A DNA stretch of 32,000 nucleotides from Candidatus Altimarinota bacterium (GCA_041659405.1 JBAZYK010000001.1:1-32000), one strand, 5' to 3'; positions 16,478 to 25,606 are shown, numbered from the stretch's first letter. Notes: a model not told the origin generated them from the sequence alone. A program made the numbers and translations.

Positions 16478-18892
16478 ATGATTGTCCCTTGGAGGGATAT
16501 ACCAGCCTTTATGAATAAAAATAAGCATAAAAAATCAGCCGCGGACTTGAATGGAGCTCACGCCGCTAGCGATGGAGATAGGCACTTCGTGCATGATGGA
16601 AAAATTTTTCTGGAAAAAAACCACCACTCATATTTGTCTGCATTTAATTTTTTTTTAAAAAGAAGATTTAAAAAAGTTATTTTTTTAAGAAAACCATTTA
16701 AGGTACTCATAAAAGTCATGGAGGTTTTCTTTGTTATTATAGGCATTTTTATTGTTTTACTTTTTTTAATATTTGGAGGAGGTCTTCCGGATCTGAAACA
16801 AATTAAAAATATAAATTTTGCAGAAACCACTCGTCTTTATGATCGTAATGGAAATCAGCTTTATCAAATTTTTGGAAAAGAAAATCGCAAATATATTTCT
16901 TTGAATGATATTGATAAAAAAATAATTAAAGCAACAATTGCGACTGAAGATAAAAATTATTATCTGCATTTTGGTTTTGATCCAATAGGAATCGTGCGTG
17001 CTCAAATAAAAAACTCGCAATCCGATGGCATAGCGCAGGGCGCATCGACCATTACGCAACAACTCGCAAAAAATATTTTTCTTTCTCCTGAAAGAACTTA
17101 TGTAAGAAAAATCAAAGAACTGCTTTTAGCTTTTGAATTGGAATGGATATATAGCAAAGATGAAATTCTGGAAATGTATTTAAATAAAATTGCCTACGGG
17201 ACAAACGCGTTTGGAGTTGAAGCGGCAGCCCAGACTTTTTTTGGAAAACCGGCCGGGAATGTGAGCCTGGCACAGGCAAGTATATTGGCCGCACTGCCAA
17301 AAGCTCCTTCTTATTATTCTCCTTATGGCCCACATGTAAAAGAATTAATTGGATACTGTGATAAAGGACAGGATGCCAATTATGTTTGTACATCTCCACA
17401 AGATTCACATTATGTTTGGGGCCGTAAAGATTACGTTTTACAGCGACTGCTTGAAGATGGGCAGATCACGCAAAATGATTTTTTGAATGCCTGGCAGGAT
17501 TCTCTTAAAATTACTTTTGTAAAACCAAAAATAAAAATTGAAGATCCCCATTTCGTTTTTTATGTAAAAGATTTTCTGGAACAGCGTTATGGTAAAGAAT
17601 TGGTTGAAAATGGCGGATTGCAGGTCACAACTTCGATTGATCCGCAGCTGCAGGCAATCGCGGAAAAAGCCGTTGAAGACCAGGCAAAAACCAATTTAAG
17701 AATGGGAGCAAACAATGCGGCCTTTGTAGCGTTAAATCCAAAAAATGGACAAATTTTAGCGATGGTTGGTTCACGTGATTATTGGGATGAAAGTTTTGAT
17801 GGCCAGGTTAATGTGGTTTTAAGCCCAAGGCAACCAGGATCGTCATTTAAGCCCCTTGTTTACGCGACGGCGGTTCAAAATGCCGGAATAGGCTCCGGAA
17901 CATATTTGGACGACTCCAAGACCCTTTTTAATCATAAGGATGTCCCTCAAGATTATGATGGAAAATATCTTGGACCAATGACAATAAGACAAGCACTTGG
18001 CGGGTCTCGCAATATTCCGGCAATTAAGGCATTTTATGTAGCAGGAGGTGAAGACCAGCTGCTGGTTTTTGCGGAAAAACTGGGAATTAAAAGTTTACGA
18101 TCTTATAAAGATAATTTTAATAAAGATTTGCAGCATGGCTGGACTTTTAATTATGGCTGGCCAATGGCTATAGGAAGCGGTGAGGTTTCATTACTGGAAA
18201 TGGTTGGAGCTTACGGTGTTTTTGCCAATCAGGGAAAATACGCACCACCGATTCCGGTTTTGGAAGTGAGAGATCATGATGGAAATTTAATTGAAAAATT
18301 TGATTCACCAAATACCGGTGTACAGGTTATTGATCCGCAAATTGCCTACATCATTAGCAATATGTTGGCAGATGTATGGGCGCGCCCGGCGGGTTCATGG
18401 AGGAATTTATTAACAATTGCCGGACAAAATGTGGCTGCAAAAACCGGAACTTCCAACAAAGTGGTTTATGGTGTAAGTGTGCCAAATAATGACTTAACTA
18501 TTGGATATACTCCTTCACTGGCGGCCGGCGTTTGGGTTGGAAACAGTGATGGCAGCAATATGCGCAGCAATGCTTATAGTCTTTATACTACCGATCCTAT
18601 TTTTCATAAATTTTTTACGGAAGCTTTGAAAGATAAACCAAAAGAGGATTTTCCTGTTCCAGCCGGCATAAAACTGGTGGGCAAAGAAGTTTATCCAAGC
18701 TGGGGAGCTCCAAAAAAATATTTTGAAAATATGTTTGTTAAAATAGAAGAAAAACCGCCGGAGACGCAGCAGACGCAGGCGGGTGGGACGCAACAGGCAG
18801 TTCCGGGTGGAACACAGGCTCCGGATGGAATTCCGGTGGTAACGCAGATGCCGCAGGGAGCGGCTCAGCAAATAACGCCGCCGGCTCAATAA
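16478..18892 (+). CDS. Class A penicillin-binding protein (transglycosylase/transpeptidase, PBP1A-like)
   Basis: 804 aa; GT51 'ATIATEDKNYYLHFGFDPIGIVRAQ...GASTITQQLAKNIFLSPERTYVRKIKELLLAFELE..FSKDEILEMYLNKI'-type motifs; TP 'PGSSFKPLVYATA', 'SRNIPAIKAF', 'AAKTGTSNK'. The start may be 16511, preceded by GGAGGG at 16491. Confidence 0.96.
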   Translation: MIVPWRDIPAFMNKNKHKKSAADLNGAHAASDGDRHFVHDGKIFLEKNHHSYLSAFNFFLKRRFKKVIFLRKPFKVLIKVMEVFFVIIGIFIVLLFLIFGGGLPDLKQIKNINFAETTRLYDRNGNQLYQIFGKENRKYISLNDIDKKIIKATIATEDKNYYLHFGFDPIGIVRAQIKNSQSDGIAQGASTITQQLAKNIFLSPERTYVRKIKELLLAFELEWIYSKDEILEMYLNKIAYGTNAFGVEAAAQTFFGKPAGNVSLAQASILAALPKAPSYYSPYGPHVKELIGYCDKGQDANYVCTSPQDSHYVWGRKDYVLQRLLEDGQITQNDFLNAWQDSLKITFVKPKIKIEDPHFVFYVKDFLEQRYGKELVENGGLQVTTSIDPQLQAIAEKAVEDQAKTNLRMGANNAAFVALNPKNGQILAMVGSRDYWDESFDGQVNVVLSPRQPGSSFKPLVYATAVQNAGIGSGTYLDDSKTLFNHKDVPQDYDGKYLGPMTIRQALGGSRNIPAIKAFYVAGGEDQLLVFAEKLGIKSLRSYKDNFNKDLQHGWTFNYGWPMAIGSGEVSLLEMVGAYGVFANQGKYAPPIPVLEVRDHDGNLIEKFDSPNTGVQVIDPQIAYIISNMLADVWARPAGSWRNLLTIAGQNVAAKTGTSNKVVYGVSVPNNDLTIGYTPSLAAGVWVGNSDGSNMRSNAYSLYTTDPIFHKFFTEALKDKPKEDFPVPAGIKLVGKEVYPSWGAPKKYFENMFVKIEEKPPETQQTQAGGTQQAVPGGTQAPDGIPVVTQMPQGAAQQITPPAQ
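16554..16595 (+). repeat. Dispersed short palindromic element inside the 5' part of the PBP gene
   Basis: gagctcacgccgctagcgatggagataggcacttcgtgcatg; same length as and 35/42 identical to 13749-13790; translated as part of 'GAHAASDGDRHFVHDG'. Confidence 0.75.
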
Positions 18893-18902
18893 ATGGTATT
18901 AA

Positions 18903-19520
18903 TTATCGATGATCCTGGTACATTTCCGAGCTGGAATATTCTTCAAGATTCTTCACCAATATCGTCAACTTTTTCATACCGTACTTTTTTGCCCATTGTT
19001 TCATAACTTTAAAATCCAGCGTTTTCAATTCATCCAAACGTTCAGCCTGCCATAAAGCAAAATCCGGCTTAAACTTAACAGAATTAAGATAAAAATAATC
19101 CAACAGCGCCTTTTCGGGTGTGGCCATAAATGCTCCATCTGCTCTTTTCTCTACTCCAAAAAAAAGTGATGGAGGCAGATGACGATAGTTGAATGTTCCA
19201 AATTCGTTGCTGTATTTTTGAGTTTTTTTTGAGGTAATGAGTGTATAGGCAACCGTGCCTTCCGGGATAATCCCATATAAAGACAATGCCGATTCCATGC
19301 TGTGATAAGAGGGAGATACCATTTCTTGCGCAATTACGTACACATTCGGATGAGCATCCGGAAAAGTGTAACGGTTTTGCTTTAGGCGAATCAGCTTCCT
19401 GCTTTTAGACAGACGTGAAAGCTGTATTCTGATCGAAGTTACAGGTTCTTTAAAATAATTTTCCAGCTCTTCGATCCCAAATGTTCTGCCCCTAAATGGA
19501 TTAAGGTCATCAATTTTCAT
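18903..19520 (-). CDS. AbiEi-like antitoxin (type IV toxin-antitoxin / transcriptional regulator)
   Basis: N-terminal winged-helix-like 'FGIEELENYFKEPVTSIRIQLSRLSKSRKLIRLKQNRYTFPD', then 'HSMESALSLYGIIPEG...TPEKALLDYFYLN', typical of AbiEi; ATG at 19520 preferred over the ORF start at 19610. Confidence 0.85.
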   Translation of the reverse strand: MKIDDLNPFRGRTFGIEELENYFKEPVTSIRIQLSRLSKSRKLIRLKQNRYTFPDAHPNVYVIAQEMVSPSYHSMESALSLYGIIPEGTVAYTLITSKKTQKYSNEFGTFNYRHLPPSLFFGVEKRADGAFMATPEKALLDYFYLNSVKFKPDFALWQAERLDELKTLDFKVMKQWAKKYGMKKLTILVKNLEEYSSSEMYQDHR

Positions 19521-20367
19521 AAGAATTTTGGTAATCCTGTAAGAGCAGCAAAGTCTCGGGGATGTAGTTATTGAGCCACTTATCGAATGTTGCAAAGTCC
19601 ATCGTAACAAACCGTTCCAAATCCATGCGCATTAGGGAAATATCCAGTTTTTTTACTTTTTTTGTAACTGCGGTAATAACTTCACGCATATTTTTAAAAT
19701 CTTTTTTACCCTGCTGAATACTGTTGGCCTTTAGGTAATCCAGGTTGAAATGAATTGTCGGTTTATACTGCAAATACCATTGAAGATCATAATAATCGCG
19801 CCCTTTTTGATATTCGCGAAATAAAATGGCGGAGAGCTTTCCGGCAAAGCCCGTGCTTAAATCATGAGTGCTAATTAAATAATCTCCCGCAAAACTGCGA
19901 TAGGTTTTCTTTTCATATTTTGCATTGTCCGGAGGATTAATATCCAGCTCGATTTTGATTTTGATGCTTTGGGACTGCAACGGTGAAATACCCAGATCAA
20001 AAAGAATTTGTCCAAAAGAAATCATAATTTTAATAACATTTCGATTTGTACTTAACTTGCCATGGAATTGGAATCCGGTGATTTTTTCTGAAAATTCCCC
20101 GGTGATATCGGAAAAAAACTTTTCGGAAGGAAACTTTGGATCTGCTTTGTCGAGCGCAAGGTCGATGTCCTCTGAAAAACGGTTGATTCTATAAGAAAGG
20201 CGCAATTTTGTTCCTCCCATGAAATACACAGGATAGCGCATTTTTGCGTATAAGGTGTATAAAATAAGATATTGCAGTTCCTCCCTCAGATATTGAAAAA
20301 GGAGTTGTTTGTCCTTAATATCCTTGTATTTCTCCTGGAATGCCTTGAGGAATAGAAAGTAGTTCAT
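19510..20367 (-). CDS. AbiEii-like nucleotidyltransferase toxin
   Basis: 285 aa; 'YFMGGTKLRLSYRINRFSEDIDLAL' (GG-T-x-L-R..R-x-S-x-D-x-D nucleotidyltransferase motif). Confidence 0.9.
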   Translation of the reverse strand: MNYFLFLKAFQEKYKDIKDKQLLFQYLREELQYLILYTLYAKMRYPVYFMGGTKLRLSYRINRFSEDIDLALDKADPKFPSEKFFSDITGEFSEKITGFQFHGKLSTNRNVIKIMISFGQILFDLGISPLQSQSIKIKIELDINPPDNAKYEKKTYRSFAGDYLISTHDLSTGFAGKLSAILFREYQKGRDYYDLQWYLQYKPTIHFNLDYLKANSIQQGKKDFKNMREVITAVTKKVKKLDISLMRMDLERFVTMDFATFDKWLNNYIPETLLLLQDYQNSYEN

Positions 20368-20626
20368 TTCCGTAAATTAACAAAATTGTATACTTATGGA
20401 AATAAGTATAGTCGAATGTTTTGGGAATGTCAATGGGGGAAACCTTCTGTTTTTGGTGGATCGTACGCTTTTTGGGCATGTTGCTTGCACAAGGGAAAAC
20501 CTCGCCTCAAATGAAAATAAATCGTCGCTACGCTTCCTCTTTATTTTCATTTCGGCGTCCTCACTTTATTCGTTCTCGCGGAGCTCGAACTCATTTCGTT
20601 TCGGACCGGTTTTCTCGCATGTAGCC

Positions 20627-20700
20627 TGGAGCGGTATACGGGAATCGAACCCGTGTCTCGGCCTTGGGAAGGCCGCATTCTACCATTGAACCAATACCGC
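20627..20700 (-). tRNA. tRNA-Gly (anticodon CCC), CCA encoded
   Basis: Reverse complement GCGGTATTGGTTCAATGGTAGAATGCGGCCTTCCCAAGGCCGAGACACGGGTTCGATTCCCGTATACCGCTCCA folds into a full cloverleaf; anticodon loop TTCCCAA. Confidence 0.96.
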
Positions 20701-20764
20701 GCGATGGTGCCCGTTTGAAACTGTTTATCTTTCGGCCCTGTTTTTTTGCACACCGCGGATTATA

Positions 20765-21709
20765 TCATGCTTTTCGCACCAGAAAGCAAGTGTGGATTGG
20801 GGCTTTCTGCAACTGTTTCATGTATGCGCCCGGGCCATGGCCAAACGATCGTCCGTGCGAATCGCCATTTTGAAAATCAGGTGGCATGGTTTTGTTTGTA
20901 ATATCTTCAATTTTGCATGGCAGCAGGTCTTCTTCGTTGAGTTTGAAATCGGTTTTGTTATTGGAGAAAACAATAAAACCATATGGATTCAGCAACAATA
21001 AAGCATCATTAAGTAAACGAGTGTGATCTTTTTGCACTGAAAAATGTTCTCCTTTATTTTTGGAAAAAGTCGGTGGATCAATAATAATGATATCAAAGCG
21101 TAACTCTTTTCTTTGGGCGTATTTGAAAAACTCCAAAGTATCCATTTTATAAACCCAGTTTTGCTCTAATGGCAAAGCATTAAGCTCAAGATTTTTTTTG
21201 ATCCATTCGCAATAAGTTTTGGAAAGATCCACGCTGTAAGTCTTTTCGGCTCCCCCGGCGGCGGCGTAAATGCTGAAAGATCCGGTATAGGCAAAAGTAT
21301 TTAAGACAATTTTGTTTTTGCTTTGAGACTGGACCCATTTGCGGGTTTCACGGTGATCAAGAAATAAACCCGTATCCAGATAATCCGCTAAATTAATATG
21401 AAATTTGTGGCCATATTCTTCCACAATAATATTTTTGGAAATTGATTTTGGCAAAGCCAAATCTTTATTCTTGGTGCGATTTTTATAGAAAAAATCCTGA
21501 ATATTCAGCAAATCTTTTAAATCCTGCTCAATCAATTTAATTTTGGCATCATCAATCGGTTCAAAGACATGAATGACGGCGTTATCCGCATAAATATCAA
21601 CAACCACCGGCAGTGATCTATCCGTTCTATCATAAAGGCGATAAGCCACAAGCTTGTTTGCCTGCAGATATTGCTGGATTTTTTGGTAGTTGTTTTGAAA
21701 AATATTCAT
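20765..21709 (-). CDS. Class I SAM-dependent methyltransferase, RlmI/RlmK-like C-terminal type
   Basis: 314 aa; 'DTGLFLDHRETRKWV', 'VLNTFAYTGSFSIYAAAGGAEKTYSVDLSKTYCEWIKKNLELN', 'FDIIIIDPPTFSKNK'. Confidence 0.9.
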   Translation of the reverse strand: MNIFQNNYQKIQQYLQANKLVAYRLYDRTDRSLPVVVDIYADNAVIHVFEPIDDAKIKLIEQDLKDLLNIQDFFYKNRTKNKDLALPKSISKNIIVEEYGHKFHINLADYLDTGLFLDHRETRKWVQSQSKNKIVLNTFAYTGSFSIYAAAGGAEKTYSVDLSKTYCEWIKKNLELNALPLEQNWVYKMDTLEFFKYAQRKELRFDIIIIDPPTFSKNKGEHFSVQKDHTRLLNDALLLLNPYGFIVFSNNKTDFKLNEEDLLPCKIEDITNKTMPPDFQNGDSHGRSFGHGPGAYMKQLQKAPIHTCFLVRKA

Positions 21710-21722
21710 TGTAAACTGTATA

Positions 21723-21731
21723 TGCTATAAT
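21723..21731 (+). promoter_or_regulatory. Extended -10 promoter element upstream of the pilus gene cluster
   Basis: TGCTATAAT (TGn plus consensus TATAAT) 30 bp upstream of the 21761 start codon; no convincing -35 box. Confidence 0.5.
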
Positions 21732-21760
21732 GCTACTGTTTGTAAACTAAAATAAAAGCA

Positions 21761-22636
21761 TTGCCTAAAATATTTTCAAAAAGATTTTCAAAAGGACTTT
21801 CCATTATAGAGGTTGTTATTGCGACGGCTTTTTTTGTAACGCTGGTTGTTTCCATTGTTCCACTTTATTTGGATGGTTTTGATACAAATTTACGGGATAC
21901 CAATAAATTGCAGGCCGATATGATGCTGCAACAAGGGCTTGAAGCTGCGCGTTCCATTCGTGATCAAAATTTCAACAATTTGGTGAGCGGAACTTATGGG
22001 CTTTCCAGAAGTACCGGTTATTGGAGATTTTCAGGTGCCCAGGATGTTTTCGGAAAATTTACCAGAACTGTAAATATTACCGATTCCAAAAGAGATGTCG
22101 GTTGTAACGTACAAAGTTCCGGCACTACTGACGTTTATACCAAAAAAATAACAGTTACAGTGTCCTGGAACTATACCGCCGGTAATCCCGGCCAAGAAGT
22201 CGCAACGGAATATTTATCAAATTGGAGCGGCTATGGCGGATGTGAGCAATCTGCAAACTTGGTTATTGAACTTTCCGGTGCGTATTTATCTTCAAATGAA
22301 CAAAGAGTTGCCGGCATCACGCTGCGAAACGTTGGAAGTTTTCCAATTACAATAGACAAAGTTACCGCAGAATGGACTAACGATGAACAAATTGAAGAAG
22401 TTAAAATAGCTTCCAGTATAGTGTGGAAATATAATGGTATCGGCAGTCCGGATGGCAGACAGTCTTCCGGAGTTGAACTTGATGTGCAAAATGTGGTTTT
22501 GCCTGCAACTTCCGGGGTAATTTCACTTGATCATTTTTTCTTTACCGGAGAAATGGAACACGTTGACTTTACATTCTATGTAAAAATGGCCGATGGCACG
22601 GTGAAATATGAGCATATTGATAACCTTGATGATTAA
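21761..22636 (+). CDS. Prepilin-type protein, PilV-like, with long C-terminal extension
   Basis: 291 aa; 'FSKGLSIIEVVIATAFFVTLVVSIVPLYLDGF', 'QQGLEAARSIRDQNFN'. Confidence 0.82.
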   Translation: MPKIFSKRFSKGLSIIEVVIATAFFVTLVVSIVPLYLDGFDTNLRDTNKLQADMMLQQGLEAARSIRDQNFNNLVSGTYGLSRSTGYWRFSGAQDVFGKFTRTVNITDSKRDVGCNVQSSGTTDVYTKKITVTVSWNYTAGNPGQEVATEYLSNWSGYGGCEQSANLVIELSGAYLSSNEQRVAGITLRNVGSFPITIDKVTAEWTNDEQIEEVKIASSIVWKYNGIGSPDGRQSSGVELDVQNVVLPATSGVISLDHFFFTGEMEHVDFTFYVKMADGTVKYEHIDNLDD

Positions 22637-22637
22637 T

Positions 22638-23195
22638 ATGAGCAATGCTTTCACACGACGCCGTGGTTTTACCCTGGTTGAAGCCCTTATCTATATTGTT
22701 TTGGCTGCTTTGGCATTTACGTTCATTATTGGTATTGGCCAAGATTTGCTTTTAGGTTCTGTAAAAATTCAGGGGGAACGTGAAGTTTCTTTTAATGCGC
22801 GAACTGCCATTAATCTTATTACGCAAAAAATTCGTGGAGCGAACGATGTTGTCCTTGGCAGCTCCACTTTTAATTCAAGTCCCGGCGTTTTAACCATAAC
22901 TTACCCCGGGGTGTCCCCAAGTATTATTTTTGATACTTACAATAAAACACTAACCAAATCCACAGGTGGAACTTATGTTATCCGCAAATTAAGAATGAAA
23001 GAAGGAACTGCTGCTGCCGTGGACTTAACTAATGATAAAATAAATATCACTAATTTTGTTGTTAGAAATTTAACCAAATCGACCGAGGCACATAACATCA
23101 ACGTTGAATTAACTTTTACGCAGGCAAATCCGGCCAATGATCCCAATTTAAACGCAAGTATAAGCGTTGAAACTGCAATTTCTTTAAGACATTAA
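22638..23195 (+). CDS. Prepilin-type protein, PilW-like
   Basis: 'MSNAFTRRRGFTLVEALIYIVLAALAFTFIIGIG...SFNARTAINLITQKIRGANDVV'; ATG at 22638 preferred over the upstream ORF start at 22608. Confidence 0.83.
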   Translation: MSNAFTRRRGFTLVEALIYIVLAALAFTFIIGIGQDLLLGSVKIQGEREVSFNARTAINLITQKIRGANDVVLGSSTFNSSPGVLTITYPGVSPSIIFDTYNKTLTKSTGGTYVIRKLRMKEGTAAAVDLTNDKINITNFVVRNLTKSTEAHNINVELTFTQANPANDPNLNASISVETAISLRH

Positions 23196-23196
23196 A

Positions 23197-23613
23197 ATGA
23201 AGCGAAAATTTTGTTTTAAATCCAATTTTTCCGGTCACTCAAAAAAAGGCATTATTGTGCTTCTTTTAATGATTGTTACCGGTGCAATTATCTTAACAAT
23301 TGCCCTGGGGATCGCTTTTTCTTCAATTAACGCCAGCCAAATCAGCTTATATCAGGGAACTTCAAATCAAACATTTCTTAATCTGGACGGATGTGTAGAA
23401 GAAGCCTTGGGCAGATTAAATCGCAATAATATTTATGCCGGTGGAACAGTTACGATTGACAATACCAGCTGTACGATTAGTATCACTGGGACTAATCCGA
23501 CACATACGGTAAATGTTACAGCCACAAATGGTGATTACACCCGCAAAGTACAGGTGGTTGTAAATATTTTCCCCACTGTCTCAATTACGAGCTGGCAAGA
23601 ATTAACTTCTTAA
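23197..23613 (+). CDS. PilX-like pilus assembly protein
   Basis: 138 aa; short N-terminal 'KKGIIVLLLMIVTGAIILTIALGIAFSSINAS', 'LDGCVEEALGRLNRN'; position after the pilV/pilW-like genes. Confidence 0.65.
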   Translation: MKRKFCFKSNFSGHSKKGIIVLLLMIVTGAIILTIALGIAFSSINASQISLYQGTSNQTFLNLDGCVEEALGRLNRNNIYAGGTVTIDNTSCTISITGTNPTHTVNVTATNGDYTRKVQVVVNIFPTVSITSWQELTS

Positions 23614-23617
23614 ATTT

Positions 23618-24544
23618 ATGTTTAATTTTTTCAAAAAGAGACCTTTTGCTCTTCATATAAATGATTCCGTGCTTCAACTTATGCGGATAAGTGGCAATTT
23701 GGAAAACCCCAAAATGGAAATTTTCTTTTCAAAAAACTTAACACCGGGAATTGTTGTTAATGGTGAAATCAAAAAAAATGAAGAATTGAAAGTTTTGGTC
23801 CTGGAACTTGTAAATAAGGCCAAGTTGGACTTGAAAAATGAGCTGGTTGTAAGTTTTAGCGAAATGCAAAGTTATGAAAATACTTTTTATTATGATGGAT
23901 TTGTTGATGAGGAGTCCATTTTAGGTTTTTTGTATAAGAAAATGGGGACAATTATGCCTGTGGCTGCAGATCAATTGAAATATGATTATATTGTCTATGG
24001 TTTGGGCGATTTGAAGATTGTTTTCATGGTGGCGATCAAATCTGACCTGGCCAGAAATTATGAAAAATTCTTAAAAACTGATTGTGGCTTAAATCCGATT
24101 GCTTTTGAACCTGAAATTTTAAGCTTGTTGAGAAATGTTAATTTTCCAACAACTATGACACAGGGTTATGTTTTTATTTCCGTGCGGGATAATGCAATTA
24201 ACTGGTACCTAATGAGCAAAGGACTCATTTTTGACAGCAATACGGCAAACATCAATAAACTTCCCGAGCTTATTAAAGATCTCCAAAAATCCATTGCCAA
24301 TTTTAAAGGAAAAACTCATCAGGATGTTAAAAATATTTTGATTGCCGGGGCCGGCACTGAGCCGTTATCCTCCTCTTTAAAGGACCTCAAAATTCAAGTG
24401 GAAGCGTTTGAAAAATATAGAGTTTCCACACCGGCTGATCTGCAAAATTCTTCCGTGAATGATTTTAATATTTTGGCCGGGGCCGCTTTAAAGAAAATAC
24501 CGGGAATCGTCAAACATTTTGAAATTAATCTTTTCAAAAAATAA
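23618..24544 (+). CDS. PilM-like protein (divergent)
   Basis: 308 aa; 'FALHINDSVLQLMRISGN..' and 'DVKNILIAGAGTEPLSSSLKDL', consistent with an actin-like PilM fold; syntenic between minor pilins and the major pilin. Confidence 0.6.
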   Translation: MFNFFKKRPFALHINDSVLQLMRISGNLENPKMEIFFSKNLTPGIVVNGEIKKNEELKVLVLELVNKAKLDLKNELVVSFSEMQSYENTFYYDGFVDEESILGFLYKKMGTIMPVAADQLKYDYIVYGLGDLKIVFMVAIKSDLARNYEKFLKTDCGLNPIAFEPEILSLLRNVNFPTTMTQGYVFISVRDNAINWYLMSKGLIFDSNTANINKLPELIKDLQKSIANFKGKTHQDVKNILIAGAGTEPLSSSLKDLKIQVEAFEKYRVSTPADLQNSSVNDFNILAGAALKKIPGIVKHFEINLFKK

Positions 24545-24589
24545 TACATACTATATACTTCCTTGGGACTATTTCTTAATCTCTTCAAA

Positions 24590-25087
24590 ATGAAACATCA
24601 AAAGAAGGGTTTCACATTGGTGGAACTTATTATCGTTATCGCAATCATTGCGATTTTAGCTGCAGGTATTTTCGTTGCAATTGACCCTGCTAAACGTATC
24701 AATGCAGCAAATAACGCTCGTCGTTCAACTGATGTGGCTTCTCTCTTGGATGCTTTAGTGAAATATCAGGCTGATAACACAGGTTCCGCTTATTCTACGG
24801 TTGGAGCTCTTGCAGCTGGTGAATTCTCTGTTATTGGAACAGCAGCTACGGGCTGTAACACCACTTGTACAGCTAAAACAACACAGGCTGCCTGCGTTGA
24901 CATTTCCGCTTTACCAAAAAACTATTTAGGTGCTATTCCAAAGGATCCAAAGACCGGAACAGATGCTAATGCCGATTATTACATTAGCCGTGGTACATTG
25001 GGCACATTAACAGTTGGTGCCTGTGATTCCGAAGGCGAAGGCGCCGGTGGAAGTGGTACACCTCCAGTAATCGAAGTAGTTCGTTAG
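24590..25087 (+). CDS. Type IV major pilin-like prepilin
   Basis: 'MKHQKKGFTLVELIIVIAIIAILAAGIFVAIDPAKRINAANNARRSTDV'; ATG at 24590 preferred over the ORF start at 24563. Confidence 0.93.
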   Translation: MKHQKKGFTLVELIIVIAIIAILAAGIFVAIDPAKRINAANNARRSTDVASLLDALVKYQADNTGSAYSTVGALAAGEFSVIGTAATGCNTTCTAKTTQAACVDISALPKNYLGAIPKDPKTGTDANADYYISRGTLGTLTVGACDSEGEGAGGSGTPPVIEVVR

Positions 25088-25108
25088 TTTTATATAATTG
25101 AAATGAAA

Positions 25109-25137
25109 AGAGCTCTCAAGTTTGGGGGCTCTTTTTT
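25109..25137 (+). terminator. Rho-independent terminator after the pilin gene
   Basis: AGAGCTC...GGGCTCT stem followed by TTTTTT. Confidence 0.8.
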
Positions 25138-25201
25138 ATTGAGGAAAAACACGAAAAAAAATCGCTGTATCGATTTATCGGTCTTTGAATGCGAATACGG
25201 A

Positions 25202-25606
25202 TTAGGCCTTGTCATTGAAATACTTCTTCACTTTATCCACGGCTTCCTGAAGAGAAATATTGGCTTTTATCAGGTAATCTACGGCGCCCATGGCTAAAGC
25301 TTTATTAACATCATCTTCCTGTCCAAGATTGGATATTATAATGATGTTCACATCCTTTAAGGTGGCGCTTTCTTTTAAAAACTTTAAAACTTCAAACCCA
25401 TCTTTGATCGGCATAATCAGATCCAACAAAATCAGGTCCGGTTTGCGTTTTGAAGCTTCTTCCAGGCCTTTTTCACCATCGGTTGCAACGGTTACATCAA
25501 AACCTTCTTCGGTTAATTTTGTCTGAAAAATGTTGCCGTAAAATTTATCATCCTCCATTACGAGAATGTATTTTTTGGCCTGTGTTTGATTAATATTTTC
25601 GCTCAT
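25202..25606 (-). CDS. Response regulator (receiver domain only)
   Basis: 134 aa; 'YILVMEDDKFYGNIFQTKLTEEGF...KPDLILLDLIMPIKDGFEVL...IIIISNLGQ...AVDYLIKANISLQE'. Confidence 0.93.
   Translation of the reverse strand: MSENINQTQAKKYILVMEDDKFYGNIFQTKLTEEGFDVTVATDGEKGLEEASKRKPDLILLDLIMPIKDGFEVLKFLKESATLKDVNIIIISNLGQEDDVNKALAMGAVDYLIKANISLQEAVDKVKKYFNDKA

Noticed and set aside
20396-20689. 97-aa and 67-aa plus-strand ORFs over the tRNA region
   Set aside because: The 97-aa ORF runs through the tRNA-Gly gene antisense and the 67-aa ORF ends just short of it; no motifs, and the GC-rich patch is better described as non-coding or repeat-like.
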